Source of the DNA: the human T2T-CHM13v2.0 reference genome, Homo sapiens
Length of the DNA: 64,000 bases
Assembly: GCF_009914755.1 (NCBI RefSeq)
Contig: NC_060936.1
Strand: one strand, 5' to 3'
In this document: positions 60,295 through 64,000 of the stretch, piece after piece
How the letters are laid out: each line of letters begins with the position of its first letter
Position numbering within the stretch: the first letter of the stretch is position 1
Notes under the pieces: generated by a model
The model's database searches: none
Seen by the model: only the letters and a program-made list of their open reading frames with translations
What the model was told of the DNA's origin: nothing
Translations under genes and position numbers: made by a program

Positions 60295-60814
60295 TGATAC
60301 TGGTTTCTGATTCACGACTTGCAGCACAAAATCTATCAGCTCAGAGTTGAAAGTCACTCCTGAGAGTCCCTTTAGTTTTCTAGGCTAGTTTGGTAGACTA
60401 GGGAGGTAGGGCTATGGGAAACCAAAGATGTTTTTTCAGAGCAAAGAAGAAGATACTTTGAAAATTGCTAGCATTAGAATAAGTAAGACATCAAAGTTAA
60501 AGGATAATGAGGTTATGAGGTGTAGCCAGGACCTCTCATTTATTGTTTGTGGATATGGAAATTTGATTCCATTGTGGAGAGTATCAGTATCATCTTGGAA
60601 AATCATATGTGCACAAATCTGGAAAAAAAACCTAATCATTCTTGAGTAGAAAAACAAGTAAATGAGGACCTATTCATAAAAGGGACTACCACTCAATTGT
60701 TAGAATGAGTAATCTAAAATTATTTCAACATGAGGGATCAGTCTCACAATTGTAATGTTAAATCTCAAAAACAAGGTAGAGACCTAAATAGATGGACCTC
60801 ATAAGACAAATACA

Positions 60815-60962
60815 GCCTGGATGTGGCAGTTCACACCCGTAATCCCAGCACTTTGGGAGGTTGAGGAGGGAGGATCGGATTGCTTGAACCCAGGCATTCA
60901 AGACCAGCCCGGGCAACATAGCAAGACCCCCATCTCTACAAAATATTTAAAATAAATAAATA
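60815..60962 (+). mobile_element. FLAM-like Alu monomer
   Basis: Single left arm plus tail. Confidence 0.82.
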
Positions 60963-61154
60963 AGACAGAAACAGTATAATTTCCTAACCATAGTAGGAAA
61001 TTATATATATATATATGATTCTTACATAGTAAATCTATAAAGGCACACACTAGAATGATACATACCATCTTCAGCATTGTGGATGCTTCATCTGGGAATG
61101 ATGAAAGAGGAAGAAAAATTGGTAAAATGCTAGCCTCTATTAAATCTGTGTTCC

Positions 61155-61270
61155 ATTCCAGTTACTCAGGAGGTCTGAGGCAGGAGGATCACTTGAGCCC
61201 AGGAGTTCAAGACCAGCCTGGGCAACATAGCAAGACCCCATCTCAAAACAAAAAACAACAACATCAAAAG
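61155..61270 (+). mobile_element. Alu monomer fragment
   Basis: Partial arm plus (CAA)n tail. Confidence 0.78.
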
Positions 61271-61352
61271 ACAAATGTGTGTGTTAGTTATGTGTGTTAG
61301 GCACATAGGTGTCTATTTTATTGTTTACTTTTCTATATGTTTAAAATGTTAC

Positions 61353-61647
<295 letters not shown>

Positions 61648-61779
61648 AAAATGTCACTTTTTGAGAGTTCAGACTGAATAGTAAGGCACTTATTCTGCAA
61701 AGCCCTTTGAACCTAAGGGTTCCACAATGCCAGGTAAAAAAAATAAAGAGAAAGGGTGTCTCCAATCTCAATAACATAA

Positions 61780-62949
<1,170 letters not shown>

Positions 62950-64000
62950 AGGAGAACAAAAATTCAGTATTATACAGATCTAAAACTCGCAAGTGAAAGA
63001 TTGTTTACAAACTTCCTGAATATTATCAATGCAGAACAGCTGTGGAGACTCTAACCTGAAGATCTATACCAAACGTCGTCTGCTTACCACGTAACACAGC
63101 TGCATCTTGAGCAGTGACCTGCCAAGGGCAAAGGACCCCGCTCCCTAGACTTACAGATTTTCTAATGCTTGGGCAGGTGGTTACTGCATGTTCCACATCA
63201 GTCAATGCAACTTAGGACAAAACTAACCAGATACAGAAACAGAAGAGAGGCTGCCGGGACCAGCATATTTCCGTTGCAGCCAAATGGATTTTATTTTTTC
63301 ATTTTATTGATTCTCAGAAGCAGAAAGCATCACTTTAAAAGTTCGTTTGTTCATGCAAACTATATTTGCATTCTTACATTAGTTAAGCTAAGCAGCAAAA
63401 AGAAAACACACACACACACTCACATTTAGCCCATGTCATTTAATTGTCAGTTTCTTTGACATAAAGCGCATCTTCTCCACATGGGCTTCACGTGGTTTGG
63501 AGATGGGTGGGGGAAAACAATCAGGTTTCTTCAGGCTGAGGAGGACTTGCTCAGGCCGATTCCAAACATTGTGCTCGTTCAATGCGTAGAAATGATTTGC
63601 ATGATGGCATGCCGTGATCAGAAGTCATGCATGAGATCCATACACCACAGGACACTACTAATCTAGTCCCTTGCACTGGGTCAGCCTTTGGACAGGACCC
63701 AGCCCTGCACCGTTCACTGTATTTGGAGAAAATGGTAAGAGTTCCATACCGGCTACAATTCTTTGAGTTCTTAAAAGTCCTTCATACACCTTCTGGGTAG
63801 GGAAACAACCAACTAATTGACTAACACCACCAACAACAAAAAACAAACCCAATCCAACAAGCAGATGGATCCGTTGCGTGTATATGTTTAACAGACATCT
63901 CTAACATACAGCCATTGTTGCACATTTTGCAAGATGAACTATTTAATGCTGCTCTGTGTCCAGTACATGGGGGAGACTTTGATCCCAAATGGCTTGTACT
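62950..64000 (+). other. SCN8A: SCN8A 3' UTR (partial, continues beyond window)
   Basis: Follows the stop codon; no interspersed repeats recognised; no AATAAA seen before the window end. Confidence 0.85.

Overview
Mammalian genomic DNA, primate and almost certainly human. It holds the 3' two-thirds of SCN8A (voltage-gated sodium channel Nav1.6) on the + strand. Fifteen coding exons splice into one continuous 3945-nt frame (1314 codons plus stop, about residues 667-1980), running from the end of the DI-DII linker to the C-terminus. About 1 kb of 3' UTR follows and continues past the window end. Known unusual splicing features are visible: the 70-nt stop-containing exon 18N upstream of its paralogue 18A, with an Rbfox site after 18A, and an AT-AC intron with U2-like rather than U12-like signals just before the IFM exon. 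The last intron carries a near full-length antisense HERV-L provirus with MLT2A-type LTRs, a tRNA-Leu PBS and degenerate gag/pol/dUTPase. The introns are otherwise rich in Alu, L1, L2, MIR, MaLR and DNA-transposon relics. I found no convincing new protein-coding system. The best unexplained leads are two candidate extra poison/micro-exons around 18N/18A, an in-frame GT-AG alternative to the AT-AC junction, several template-switch or templated-insertion scars, and two trimeric Alus. Exon numbers and repeat subfamily names are from memory and need database confirmation.
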